Assembly: GCF_006345805.1 (NCBI RefSeq)
Contig: NC_042999.1
Location: 119,350,001-119,414,000 of the forward strand
Source of the DNA: Octopus sinensis
Taxonomy: Eukaryota
Reading direction: 5' to 3'
DNA: 64,000 nt
The notes beneath the pieces were generated by a model. The model was not told the origin of the DNA, ran no database searches, and saw only the letters and a list, made by a program, of their open reading frames with translations. The position numbers and the translations under genes are program-made. Shown here in pieces: positions 12,996-25,312 of the stretch; position 1 is the first letter of the stretch; each line of letters opens with the position of its first letter.

Positions 12996-14012
12996 AAGCT
13001 AAAACCATCCAAAAGATTCAGCAGGCCTTTGGCAATGGTGTCATGGGCAAAACTCAGATCAAGGAATGATGCAACCACTTCAAACATGGCTGCCTCTCAG
13101 TGGAGAGTGAAACACTCCCAGGCAAGTCATCCATGTGCTGAAACAAGGAACCAATTGAAGAAGTTTGGTGAATAGTCATGGAAGACCACCATATAACAAC
13201 CCAGGTAATTGCTCAAAAAATGAGAATAAGCACAGAATCATTGCATTCCATTTTAATGGAGAATTTGTGCATGTGGAGAGTGTCAGCAAAATTCTTGCCC
13301 AAGGCGTTGGTTGAGCAGTAGAAGTAACTCCATATGGAAATCGCTCAGGACAAGCTGGACTGTGCAAACAATGATCTAGACTTCATGAAGAATGCCATCA
13401 ATAGTAATGAGACATGGGTTTATGATCTCTGCTCAATGCCTCTGCTCATCTTGTGTGAAAACAGAAGTCCTATGAATGTGCACTACACATCTGTACTGTG
13501 GAGGCACATGGCCTAGGGGTTAGAGCAGCGGACTCGCGGTCGATGAATTGCGGGTTCGAATCTCAGACCGGGAGATGTGTGTGTTTATGAGCGAAACACC
13601 TAAGCTCCATGCGGCTCCAGCAGAAGGTAATGGCAAACTTCTGCTGACTCTTTCTCTCACTCTCTCTTCCTGCATCTTGCAGCTCACCTGCGATGGACCA
13701 GTATCCTGTCCAGGTGAGGAACCTATATGCCAAGGAAACCGGGAAACCAGTCCTTATGAGCCAGGCATGGCTCAAGAAGGAACAAAAACACATCTGTACT
13801 CTAGGAATAACAGCTGAGAAATGATGCAGCTTACATCATCATCATCATTATCATCATTTAACGTTTGACTTCCATGCTGGCATGGGTGGAAAGTATGTAA
13901 ATTTTCACACATGTGCAGAAAGGGTGGCGTCACGTCCTTCCAAAGGATTTTGCCCATGCAGCTTTAGTTTTGATGGAAGAAAAAAAGTCGGATACTTTTT
14001 GAACACACCTTG
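12996..14012 (+). mobile_element. mariner element remnant, internally deleted, with nested SINEs
   Basis: Translation KIQQAFGNGVMGKTQIKE*...MWRVSAKFLPK...KNAINSNETWVYD (12996-13430); right TIR aaaaaagtcggatactttttgaacacaccttg followed by TA. Confidence 0.85.
13498..13787 (+). mobile_element. young tRNA-derived SINE, family C (MetaSINE-like body), 13-bp TSD
   Basis: A box TGGCCTAGGGGTT, B box GGTTCGAATCT, body CTGCGATGGACCAGTATCCTGTCCAGG...GGAAACCGGG; perfect TSD ACACATCTGTACT at 13485-13497 and 13788-13800. Confidence 0.9.
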
Positions 14013-15294
14013 TATATATGTGTGTATATATTCACACACACATATATATGTATATACGTGGATATGTGTGCATGTATTTCTGTATGTGTTTGTGTCCCCT
14101 TGTATTGAGATGGCATGATAACCGTGAATGAATGTCATCAACATACAAGCAGTGTCATTTGTTTCCAATCTTCTATGAAAAACATGTCTGGTAACAGGGA
14201 GACGTCTTCTTTCTTGGAATCAGGTGAAAATGTTAAACAGGAAGGGTTTCTAGCCATAGAAAAGTCTGCCTCAATGAATTTCGTTTGATCTATACATGCA
14301 AGGGAAAAATTAGTTTTAAAACAATGACGATTATGATGGTGCATCCATTAATACTGTTTTCTCCAGCTACACTTTATATTAGTCATACACACATCAACTG
14401 AGTCATCAAATTATCTCTTTACTTTCACTATCACTTGTCAATCGCTCTTCTGATGCACTCTGCTTGATTGTCCACTCCTCACTTGCACATTCCTGCAACT
14501 AACCCTACCATATCTCTCTCCCTCACCTTCTCCTTCAACCTCCTTCTCTTTCGCTTTCTGATTGTTCCCCAGTTTGCTGTTCAACATTACCAATCTGCTG
14601 CTCCTCCTCCACCTTTTATTTCTGCACTGTCAATCATCTCCTACTCTCCCACCTCTCACAGCTCAAACATCATTGGTCATCTTCCATCTCTCATCCACCA
14701 TTCACCTCACCCATCCTTCAGCCTCACCTCCACAGCTTTTGCTGTCATCCCTTCACCCATTCTCCATCTCTCATTCTCCCATAAACACCAGCAGCCTCCA
14801 CCCTCAATCACACATCCTTAGTTTTCTCACTCACTTCTACGCCTGTTGTACCTTAAGGGTCCATCCAGACTATGCATCACCAATATATTTTTTTTTCTAG
14901 CTCTACCTGATTACCCTGTCTCTTCTAAAATATGATTAGTCATGTAGTTCCTCTCCCTTTTCTGGCCCCTTTTTCACATGCTTTAACCCCTCATCGCCTA
15001 ATGTAAAACTGACCCCTCAGAGTTCCGTACTGCAAGCGTCATGTCAACTTCACCAGTTGTGGTGGATAGCAGAAGAAAAAGCGGGTAAAAAAAGGCAACA
15101 GATACATGCTGTAAAGTGCTTGGCTTCATGAAGGGTATCTAATGGTGGAGACTATAGCAAACCATATACTTAAGCATGGTGCAGTCCTTAAACCTATCAG
15201 ATTCTGTCAAACCATTCAACTCTTGCCAGCATGGCACATGGACATTAAATGTTGAAAATGATGAAGATGATGACAATGGGGATAATATATTTTT

Positions 15295-15496
15295 TTGTCT
15301 CAGTCATTTGACTGTGGCCATGCTGGAGCACCACCTTCAGTCGAACAAATTGACCCTAGGACTTATTCTTTGTAAGCCAAGTACTTATTCTATCAGTCTC
15401 TTTTGCCGAACTGCTAAGTTACAGGGATGTAAACACACGAACATTGGTTGTCAAGGGATGGTGGGGGGACAAGTACAGACACACAAACAGATACAT

Positions 15497-15548
<52 letters not shown>

Positions 15549-15706
15549 GACAGGCTTCTTTCAGTTTCTGTCTACCAAATCCACTCACATGGCTTTGGTT
15601 GGCCCGAGGCTATGGTAGAAGACACTTGCCCAAGGTGCCATGCAGTAGGACTGAACCCAGAACCATGTGGTTGGTAAGTAAGTTACTTACCATACAGCCA
15701 CTCCTG
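15295..15706 (-). mobile_element. SINE family A
   Basis: High similarity to 2790-3207. Confidence 0.9.
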
Positions 15707-17203
15707 TATGTATATAAGAAGTTACTTACATTATTGCTCAAATGTTTAGAGTGTGCTTCGTTTTTGGATATAGATCTGCTGACAGTACACAGATAGATAG
15801 ATAGATAAATAGAGAGAGAGATATAGATGTATACATAAGAATATAGTGTGTGTATGTATATATATATATATATATATATCCAGTTTATGTGTGTACTCAC
15901 ACACATAATTAAATGCACATGTTCATATTTTATTGCATAAGCACACATGCACATACACACACACAACACCACGCACATCACACACATGCACACACATGCA
16001 TACACACCCATTCACTCACACATAGACAATGAATAGCTTTATCTACTAAAAAAAAACACAATCACACATTACTTTTACTATGTAGTTCTTCTTGCTAAAC
16101 TATCTCTATTTTCAATTATTGTTAATATTGATTCTTAATAAGATTGTATATATTAAGAAAGCTTGTAGACTTCAGAATATTAATCTCTGAAAGTTGATCC
16201 ATCAACAGAACACTAGAACGATCAGAGTCAATATTAAATGAGGTGTCTGTAAATTCTAAATTGTTATTTCTTCTGATAACTGATACTAACGGTTAACTAA
16301 GTGATGCTATCTGATGCTATATAACATTAACTATTGTTTTATGATCACGTTAATTCCTCTTCATTTGTGTGACCTCCACACAAATACCAGTATTTGGTTA
16401 CTAAATTATATATTCATTATTTATTAACACTTTATATTTATCTGACCAATATCAAAATATGCAACTTTTTCCAGTATGTGCAATGCTTTTGTTTGTTTGT
16501 TTTAAAGGCTATTTTTTTGCCTGTTATTGTCTACAAGATTCATATGTTTTTTGTGGGGGTTTTTTTTTTGTTTTTTTACTATACCAGCTGAACTGAGCTA
16601 GAGGAAGAGGTAATTATTGACTGGCATATAATAACCTTAAACTATGTAATGGAACTACAACAGTAGAAATATATTGTTTATTGTTCTTCATATAAAGAGA
16701 GACTATGATTCGGAAACTGAGAGGTCCTTGGGAGGTCAACAATGTTTGTTTATTTTCTTCTGTTCTTCAGTGTTTTCTGAGAAGTGATGAATGTATTTTG
16801 GAGAAACATTCCATATGGCTGTCAAGATACAGACCAGAAACAAAGAAGAGAAATGTGTGGGCAGGAAGATACAGGGATGGACATGAAAAACATATATAAT
16901 AAAGATGGATGTTTTTCTGAAAATGTTTGTATATGTTCATGTGTATGATTATGTATGTTGTTGCCGTGTGTGTATGTGTAGGCTGGTGTATGTAGTTTTC
17001 TATATGCATATATGTGTATGATAGTGCATATGTGTGTGTATGACTATATTTTGTTGTTGATGCTATTATTGTGGTTTGGGCCCAGGTCAGCCAATGCTTT
17101 GTGAGTGATATTTGGTAGAGAGAAATAGTATGGATGCCTGTCATGTCTATCTGTCAGTCTGTGTCTGTCCATACACACACACACATGTTTGCATATATCT
17201 AAC

Positions 17204-17241
<38 letters not shown>

Positions 17242-17569
17242 CGTGTATGTGTGTGTGTGTATTTGTTTGTGTATGTCCGTTTCTTTGTGTTTACATTTGT
17301 TTATGTTTTACAACTTAGCAGTTTGACAAACAAGGCTGACAAAATAAGTATAAGTCTTAAAAGTAAGGACTGGGGTTGATATATCTGACAAAATTCCTAT
17401 TGGCATTGTATTAGCATGGCTGTAGTCCACTGACTGAAACTAGTAAAATAATAAAGAAATTAAATTAACCAATCTCAATATGGACACCATTTTGGTAATA
17501 GAAACATAATGTAGAGCAATTGTGAGTGAAGATCATTGGAGTGATTGTGATTTGTTATATTAGTTTCAA

Positions 17570-17770
17570 GCTTTAGCACAAAGCCAGCTAGATCAGGGGT
17601 GGGGATAAGTCAATTACATCGACCTCAGTTTTCAACTGGTACTTATTTTTATCAACCCCAGAAGGATGAAAGACAAAGTCAGACTCAGAAGAATTTGAAC
17701 TCAGAATGTAAAGATGAGTGGATTGCTGCTAAGCATTTTGCCTAGTGTACTAACAAGTCAGCCAGTATCC
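17570..17770 (-). mobile_element. SINE family B
   Basis: ctggtacttatttttatcaacccc..aaggatgaaag..gaatttgaactcagaa. Confidence 0.82.
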
Positions 17771-20700
17771 CACCTTATTTGTTTTAGTGTTATATATTTA
17801 ATGTAGGGAATATTAAAAATGCTAACTAGAAATAAATTTGTGATAAATAAAAGAAAAATATTGGTCCGTTGTTAATAATGTTTTCATTTTGCCAGTAGTT
17901 ATGGGAGACAAATCAACATATGTTTTAATTTTATTCTGACATCATTAGCAAAGCATAGGTTCCATTGTATTTCTATGCAGTGATAAAATACAATACAAAT
18001 AAAACATAGAGATAAGTGCTGGCATGGTTGAATGTTTAAGAAGTTTGCTCTGCAACCATACCCAAGATAATTCCACTCCACATTTCAACAATGTTTGGCC
18101 ACTGAATGAGTGCATGCAGAACAGTTTTGTCACTTTGCACGCATGTTTCAGACAGGCCCTAGCTGGTAGTACTTTTGTGCCTGTAAAATAATGATAATTG
18201 TTTCTGGTTCAGGCATAAGACAATAATTTTTGCTTGGAGAGATAAATCAATCATAGCAATTCCAGTACTTTATTATTACTTTATTCTATCAACTCCAAAA
18301 GGATGAATGGCAAGGCTGACCCAAGCAGGATTTGGACTCAAAAGGTAAAGAGCTGATAGAAAGGCCTCAAATCCTTTCTTGCAATGCTCTTATGATTCTG
18401 AAAGTTCTTATAATTTCTACTAGAGGTAAAAGAACAGAGGTAAAAGCAATCTCAGTACTCTAGTGATACTCATTGTTTCAAACTTATGAGGAGGTGCTAG
18501 AAAATTCCTGACTTTGGGTAAAAGAAAATACAGGAGGATCAGCTAATTATTATTTTATTCAACATATTCCCTTCTCAGATTCACACACTTATTGCAGTGG
18601 TTGTTCAATTTTTCTAATCCCTCTAAAAGAAGTCGGAAGGTTTGGCTTCCAACCAGGCCTTTCATGATACCCTTAAAGCCAAGAATTTTTCAGCATCCAC
18701 TCATAGATGAATGAAAGTCAAAATTAACCCTCTTAGACCTGGGCCTTTGCATCTAACTTTATCCTCCACCTCGACTCCTGAGCAAAGAATAAATAGTTGC
18801 ATATACAACTCAAGAGTAATGATTGCAGATAGACTAACAGACAGATTTAGCTGAATCTTTTTTTTCAATCAATGTGTGTTGTTCATTACTGTGTTACCTG
18901 GAGTCCAGCAGAGATAACATTTAACCCATTCTCGCTATAGTAGAAATATAGCATGACAGAATTTGAGCCCTGCATGTAGAAAAGGGCCATAACTAGATAC
19001 TGCAATAGTTATTATCTTGCCTTCTACCATTTCTGGCATCAATGAATTGTAACTGTGCCACAAAATTACAGATTTGTAGAGAAAGAGTAAATTAAATTGT
19101 TTTCTAGTATGTTTCTGGAGTATGGTCAGGTCAGATTGTATCTGGTATTGGTATCTGTAACCCACTACAACCTCATGGTTGGATGGTTTATGGTTAGAAA
19201 CCATGCCATAACATAACCAGGTTACCATAAGAGGAGGATGTGTGGGGATCCAGCAGAATGAAATTAGAACTTGCAGGGAAATTAGTAACTATATTTGGAG
19301 AGGAAACAAGCGCCACCAAGTTATATAGTTATGGAATCACATTACTATGCATTTGTGGACTTCTCAGGCAATAAATTTATAGATTTTAGATGGATAGATT
19401 TTACCGGTACCTTGTTTTTTTACATCCTGCTTGATTGATGAAAGATGAAGCAAAGACACAGAACATAAAATGAATATATTTAAATACAGCAATGTATCAT
19501 GTTCAGTAGTTTATCATTTCTACAATTCAGTTATAATTATAATATTTTCTTCATCACTGTTACACACACACACATGCAAACACACACATACACATATGCT
19601 CACACAAACATAAAAATGTAGTAATGTATCATAGTGATATATCATATAAATTCTTCTTCTTTCATAATTTATATAAATTATAGAAGACAAAAATATGAAT
19701 TACCTTAAAAGTATGTTGCAAGACAGATACACAAAGCCATAAAAGATGAATTGCCCTTTAACCCGAGTAAATACTATCTTCTCAGTGTAGTTTGCAAAGT
19801 GCTTGCACAGTTAGGCTAGGTATATTCAAAAGTGATGTAACCCTTTAATGCAAATATCCATAGAAAGATCATATTTGTCTGGTTCCACTGTTTCTAATAT
19901 TTTAATACCATTCATTTACTTCAAGGGCAATATCCTTAATAAGGTTATTACTGGGGTCAGGTTATCATTGACACTTCACCTCTGATGAAAACTAAAACAA
20001 AACGAAGCAAATTAACCCATGCTCTTTAATTTTAGAATATCTTTCTTTGCTCTGCAATTAATCCAAGTTGCATGTTGAGTGATAATCAAGTAAAGGCTAT
20101 TATAAATTCGCTGTGGTCTTGTTTGTAATCTCTTTTCCCTATATTTAGTGAACTGCTTATTAGCTCTTTCTCAATATACCCGTCATTCTTATAAGTTTTA
20201 CCTTCTAATAATAATTTAACATTCCTGCAAGTAAAATTTTAGTTAGAAAGACTTAAATTGTCTACAAAGGTACAAAAAAGATTTCTGATATATCATTAAT
20301 AATTTACTCAAAGATTTACTTTGGCTACAATGTATTCAAGCATGTTCCAGAATATTGAAACTATCATTGCCAGATACAAACTTTTATGTCTGCTTCAGCT
20401 CTGCATTTTCTAATTTGATTTGAAAATGTACTATTGTCCAGTAGATAATACTACCTATTTGATCATGCCTGTTAATAAATTTCATTTTGAAAGGGCATAT
20501 ATTGTTCTGTGATGTTGTATGCATGGCTTGAAATTGCCATTAGCTTCTTTTCTTTTATTATTTAATTTTGCAGTTCATAATGACTGAGCTTTGTTTAGTT
20601 GAGACAATTGACACCTATCCATTGCAATATCATCTTTAATTTCATCTTCTGAACAGCCAGAGACAAAAGAGAATATTGCTCCTTGATGCTAACTTCATGC

Positions 20701-21181
20701 CTTGAAGTTGCAATTACCTTCTTGCTTTGTTATTTAATTTCGCAATTCCTAATGATTAAGCATTGTCTAGTTAAAGTGACTGACACCTCTCACAATATCT
20801 TCATCAATATTCTAGTACAAAATGTTTTGTCACCCTAAAAGATTAACTGCAGTTAAAAATAGTTTTGGAGAAAATTAACAGAATTTATTGCCATGAATAT
20901 AACATGAGAATCCAAAAGCCTAATTTAAAAATATAATGGTTAAGGATTGATCTTATGTTACCAAAATCAAGTCTTTAATTTTAGCATTTGGCCTGAAATT
21001 TTGGGGTCTCACATTAGCTTACTTCTACTTTTATAGTCTTGTCAAAGTAGAGCTTTCTCTCTTTGATTGTTCTTTAGTATGAATAGTTGTTCTTTCATTC
21101 TCTCCTGTTGCCTTTTATTCATATCTATTATTATATCTCTGTTTCTTTATTCACAATATATCTTATTGTTTCTTTATATAG

Positions 21182-21275
21182 AGAGAGATAAAAACTTTCA
21201 ATGTGCCTCTGAATGGCGACGACATCAAACAATATCACCTCATTGATCCCGGCCATTGTGTATCTTTGCTCAGAG
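21182..21275 (+). CDS. candidate coding exon (REIKTFNVPLNGDDIKQYHLIDPGHCVSLLR)
   Basis: Pyrimidine-rich acceptor ...tttctttatatAG, donor AGAG|GTCAG, phase compatible with 12193-12307. The antisense strand weakly resembles a decayed RTE C-terminus, which argues against a real exon. Confidence 0.25.
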
Positions 21276-22399
21276 GTCAGCAATATTTTAACCTGACACA
21301 CCATTCACATTATCTTCAGTGATGGACATCTGGATGGTGTGGCTATGCAGAACAATTTTCCTGTCCCTTCACTGAAATGAATTCTTTTAGAGACAACAGT
21401 TTTATTTAATGACTGACTTTTTTTTAAAATATAATTTTTTAAATATTTGATGGCAATGTTATAGCAATGGATGTCTGTCTGAGTAGGTCATAAAGCTGTA
21501 ATATTATTATCTTCTATTAATCTACATTATAATTACTGATTATTTCAGTCTTTTTCATTAAGTATTTGTCATTTAATCTTAATCTACTTAACCTCTATTT
21601 ATTCTGCTGAATAGGTTTAAATATTTTGCTCTTCTGAAACTTAATTTTCTTTTCTCTGCAACCATAGTTCTTCAAATTTAAACTGAACTCTTCAAATTAT
21701 GCATTACATTTTTATATAACTCTTATCTATATTGTTCACATTAATGACATTTATAGCATCTCACCTCAGACTGATAAAATTTATATGCTATAGATATCTG
21801 CCACACTTCAAGTATTTGTGTGCTAATATATTTATCTCACTCCTCTGTTGTGCTTCTTGCCTTTCTCAAAAGTGCTGCCAAATGACCAATTCCAATTTAT
21901 GGTTATATCCTCAAATTACCATTGTGTTATGTATATTTTATAAGCTATCACCTTTCTCTATACTTGTCTAGAAAACTAGAATTCATAATTATTCATTTAT
22001 ACATTTGAAACGGTAAAAACTTTGATTTAAAATATAAAAGTACAACCAAATATTTGGCTGACTGGTGAAACACCTTAGTTATTATTGCAAATTACAAATG
22101 TGGAATTCTTATTGCATTATGAAATAAACTGAAATCTCTTTTAAATAACAGATTAGATTTATTCCTTAGAATGCAAACTTCAATAACAAGCTTTGCTTTT
22201 TGTCTTGAAAATGGTGAAGAGCAGAAGATACAATCAATGACTTCTGCTTTTGTTTTGAGTATTCAATGAGGATTTTAATCCTGTAGCATTATTTTCTAAA
22301 TTCAGCAACCAGTTTTACCATTATATTTTTATGTTATCATTTGTTAGATAAGCTTGCAACGTAACTTATATTTTATCACCTCAAGTTTTTGACATCAGT

Positions 22400-22900
22400 T
22401 ATATGATCCCAGTATTCTAAGTTGTAATCTTAACATTTGGCAAATCTTCCTCATTGAGTATGTTCCACAATTTATAAACTTTTGTCACACTTCATATATC
22501 AATAATTCATTTTTACATATAGATCTATATATACATCTGTAACTGCATAGATTAGCCAATAACTAGGATGTTAAACTGTTTATCTCAACTCCTTTACGAT
22601 TAGTTTTTCTAATGAATTGACATTACAAATCTACAATTAAACTCAATTCATATGGATCACATTAAGTTCATTTGGATCATTTATTTTCCAGATACTGCAG
22701 ATCTCAACACATCACCCATGTTTTACCACCATGCAACATCATCCACTCTATGTGTGCTTCATAAAATTTTCTCCTTTTACATAATGTAAAAAAGCCTTAT
22801 TTTTTAGCAGATAAAAATCTTTGAACATATACCGACTTGTTCTTAATGTAGTTACTTTACTTTTATTATATTCTGTATATCCTCATTTGCAGAATTTATC
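22400..22900 (-). mobile_element. old RTE LINE C-terminal fragment
   Basis: Minus translation LKTVDKFC..., KFYEAHIEWMMLHGGKTW, compared with KGRLYDAC..AMLHGSETW at 54200-54300. Confidence 0.65.
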
Positions 22901-23280
22901 CACAGTTTTGAGTATTGATATTTATCTAATAATTTATTTCTTCCACAAGTAATCTGCATGTATACACTTAGTCTCAATAACAATGTAGGGACCAGAAAGG
23001 TTAGAAAAGATATCACAACTAATGGATAGAAGGTGTGGTAGTTGAAAGAGTCATTGGTAAGGTACAACCTCCAAATGGTACTAGATGATGCATATTTTGA
23101 TAAAGTGAATGGACAATGTTACAGTATGTCCAGAGGGAAGCAGTGGTGTGAAATAATGTGATAAATTAAGTGATAATGCACAAGAAAGCTTATAGGATGT
23201 AAGAATAAGGGGATGGCATGGGACAATACATGGAAGTTAACATCAGGTTTACACAACTAGAAAGAGCTGAGAATAGGAGT

Positions 23281-23545
23281 TCATCATCATCATCATCCGT
23301 TAACGTCCACTTTCCATGCTAGCATGGGTTGGACGATTTGACTGATGACTGGTGAACCAGATGGCTGCACCAGGCTCCAATCTGATCTGGCAGAGTTTCT
23401 ATAGCTGCATGCTCTTCCTAACGTCAACCACTCTGAGAGTATAGTGGGTGCTTTTACGTGCCACCTGCATGAGGGCCAGTCTGGCGGTACTGGCTACGGT
23501 TACACTCGAAATGGTGTTTTTTTCACATGCCACCTGCACAGGAGT
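23281..23545 (-). mobile_element. RTE 3' UTR/tail fragment
   Basis: tcatcatcatcatcatccgttaacgtccactttccatgctagcatgggttggacg; same family as 53245. Confidence 0.85.
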
Positions 23546-24199
23546 TGCGCTAATAGATGTTATGCCCTACTAAAGACATGAAATATTTCAAATTGCAAGG
23601 CAGTGTCCTCATATCAATTAAGATGTCTTTTGGAAGAAGTGTGTTTGAAACAGAGCAAATGCATTTGTTATTAAATATAGTAAAAATACAGAAGGATTAA
23701 GTCTCACTATATGTGATAATATTCTTCATTGAAAGATGGATAAAAGTGAAAAGAGTAGAAAGAACATCCCATCCAATGTAAACAGCAGACAGCACAACTG
23801 AAGAGATTAGTATTAGTGTAATTAGCATGGTATTAACTTCATAAGAGTAGAGAAAAGCAAACAAGGTTATTCTGACATTTTCTCTTTCATTTTTACTATT
23901 TTATTAAGCTGTTTTCTGGATGGTATTTTCCTTATGTTTTTCTCTTGTCTTTCTTATGGTTTCTATAGGAGTAATGGTTGTTAAGAGCTAGATGCTTTCC
24001 AAGCGTGATGGAGTTAAATATTATTTACTACTGATAATACTCAAAACTAGACACTGATCTCAGTTTGAGTATTATCTTTGTCAAACACACAAAGAGTATA
24101 CCAATTCAAAATCCTCATCATTAGAAGAGATATTTTTAATTGTTAAACTCATCTTTTGTATTCCAATTTTCTATAGTATTGATCAATTGTATTTTGTAT

Positions 24200-24660
24200 A
24201 CGATCAATAGAACCCTGCATTTCAAGTTAAGGTTTTGAATCCAACACCAATGAAACAATGCTCCTTTTTTGTGATTTTTCTTTGAGCTTTATTTAAGTTC
24301 TTCATCAGGGAATTCAATCTGGTTGCTAACAAAGTGACAAGACATTTTGAGATAAGAGAGATCCTGGTGTTTGTGAATATGTGGTCGAGAAGGTATGTTA
24401 GTTGAGCTGTTGATGCACACACCCAAGTGTGTGTATTTATTCATCTAAAGAATTTCAGGTGGAGAATCTTTGGAATGTCTTACAAATCTTCACTCTTCTG
24501 CTAATAGATTGGGTTTGGAGAATTTGTATTAGTTTCTTTTGCGCTTTCTTTGAAAATCTAAATATTTCTAGATTTTTGTGCAAATTTGTAAGTACATAGC
24601 CTAATGCACCTATGATGATAGGTACAAATGAGAATTCATAGTCAGAGTACAAGAGTTGTT
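24200..24660 (-). mobile_element. non-LTR retrotransposon 3' fragment with restriction-like endonuclease C-terminus (R4/Dong/NeSL-type)
   Basis: ORF ...YEFSFVPIIIGALGYV...ILQTQSISRRVKICKTFQRF; VPIIIGALG is the typical RLE-terminal motif. Confidence 0.78.
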
Positions 24661-24762
24661 TGTATGTATGTGTGTATGTATGTATGTATGTATGTATGTA
24701 TGTATGTATGTATGTATGTATGTATGTATGTATGTATGTATGAATGTATATATGTATGTATG
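24661..24762. repeat. (TATG)n microsatellite
   Basis: Near-perfect tetranucleotide run. Confidence 0.97.
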
Positions 24763-24974
24763 ATCACTTTCTTAGAGGAAGGAGCTGGTTTCTAAGATAC
24801 AAAGCTCCATCATTGGAATATAGATAACAAAAACATGCAGGACAATTTTCATTTGTTACGGAAATAGTTTGTACTTTTAAAAACAGCACATCCGTAGGAA
24901 ATACTGTATTTGAATGAATACCACAGTAAATTTGCTTTTCCACAATGTATTGATGTTAAGTATGATGCACAATG

Positions 24975-25312
24975 GCTATTTTAATCTGCTGAATAGATCA
25001 AAGAAGTAGATTGATGCTGTGCTGAGAGAGCAGCAGACAGGTTTTTGGAGTGAAGGTTCTGTATGGAACAGGTCTTTGTGTTGTGGAAATTAACAAGCAA
25101 GGCAGAGAACACAGAGTGAAGCTGCTTATTAATTTCATTGACTTTAAGAAAGTGTTTGACAGTGTTTCCTGAGACACACTATGGAATATCTTGAGAATCT
25201 ATGGGGCCTGAGCAGATGTATCACCATCTTTAAGTCTCTCTACAGAAACTTATAGTGTTGCATGAAGACAAGCTGTGGAATCACCGATATGTTCAAAATT
25301 GCTACCGGAGTG
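24975..25312 (+). mobile_element. RTE-type reverse transcriptase fragment
   Basis: LREQQTGF...LLINFIDFKKVFDSVS*DTLWNILRIYG...FKIATGV. Confidence 0.85.

Noticed and set aside
13498-13580. Possible tRNA gene
   Set aside because: The A/B boxes belong to a SINE head with body, tail and TSD; no complete cloverleaf or acceptor stem
15176-15796. 206-aa ORF
   Set aside because: Runs through an RTE tail, an antisense SINE and a microsatellite
16771-16899. Good acceptor followed by CFLRSDECILEKHSIWLSRY...
   Set aside because: No convincing donor; alternative frames resemble a decayed RTE C-terminus
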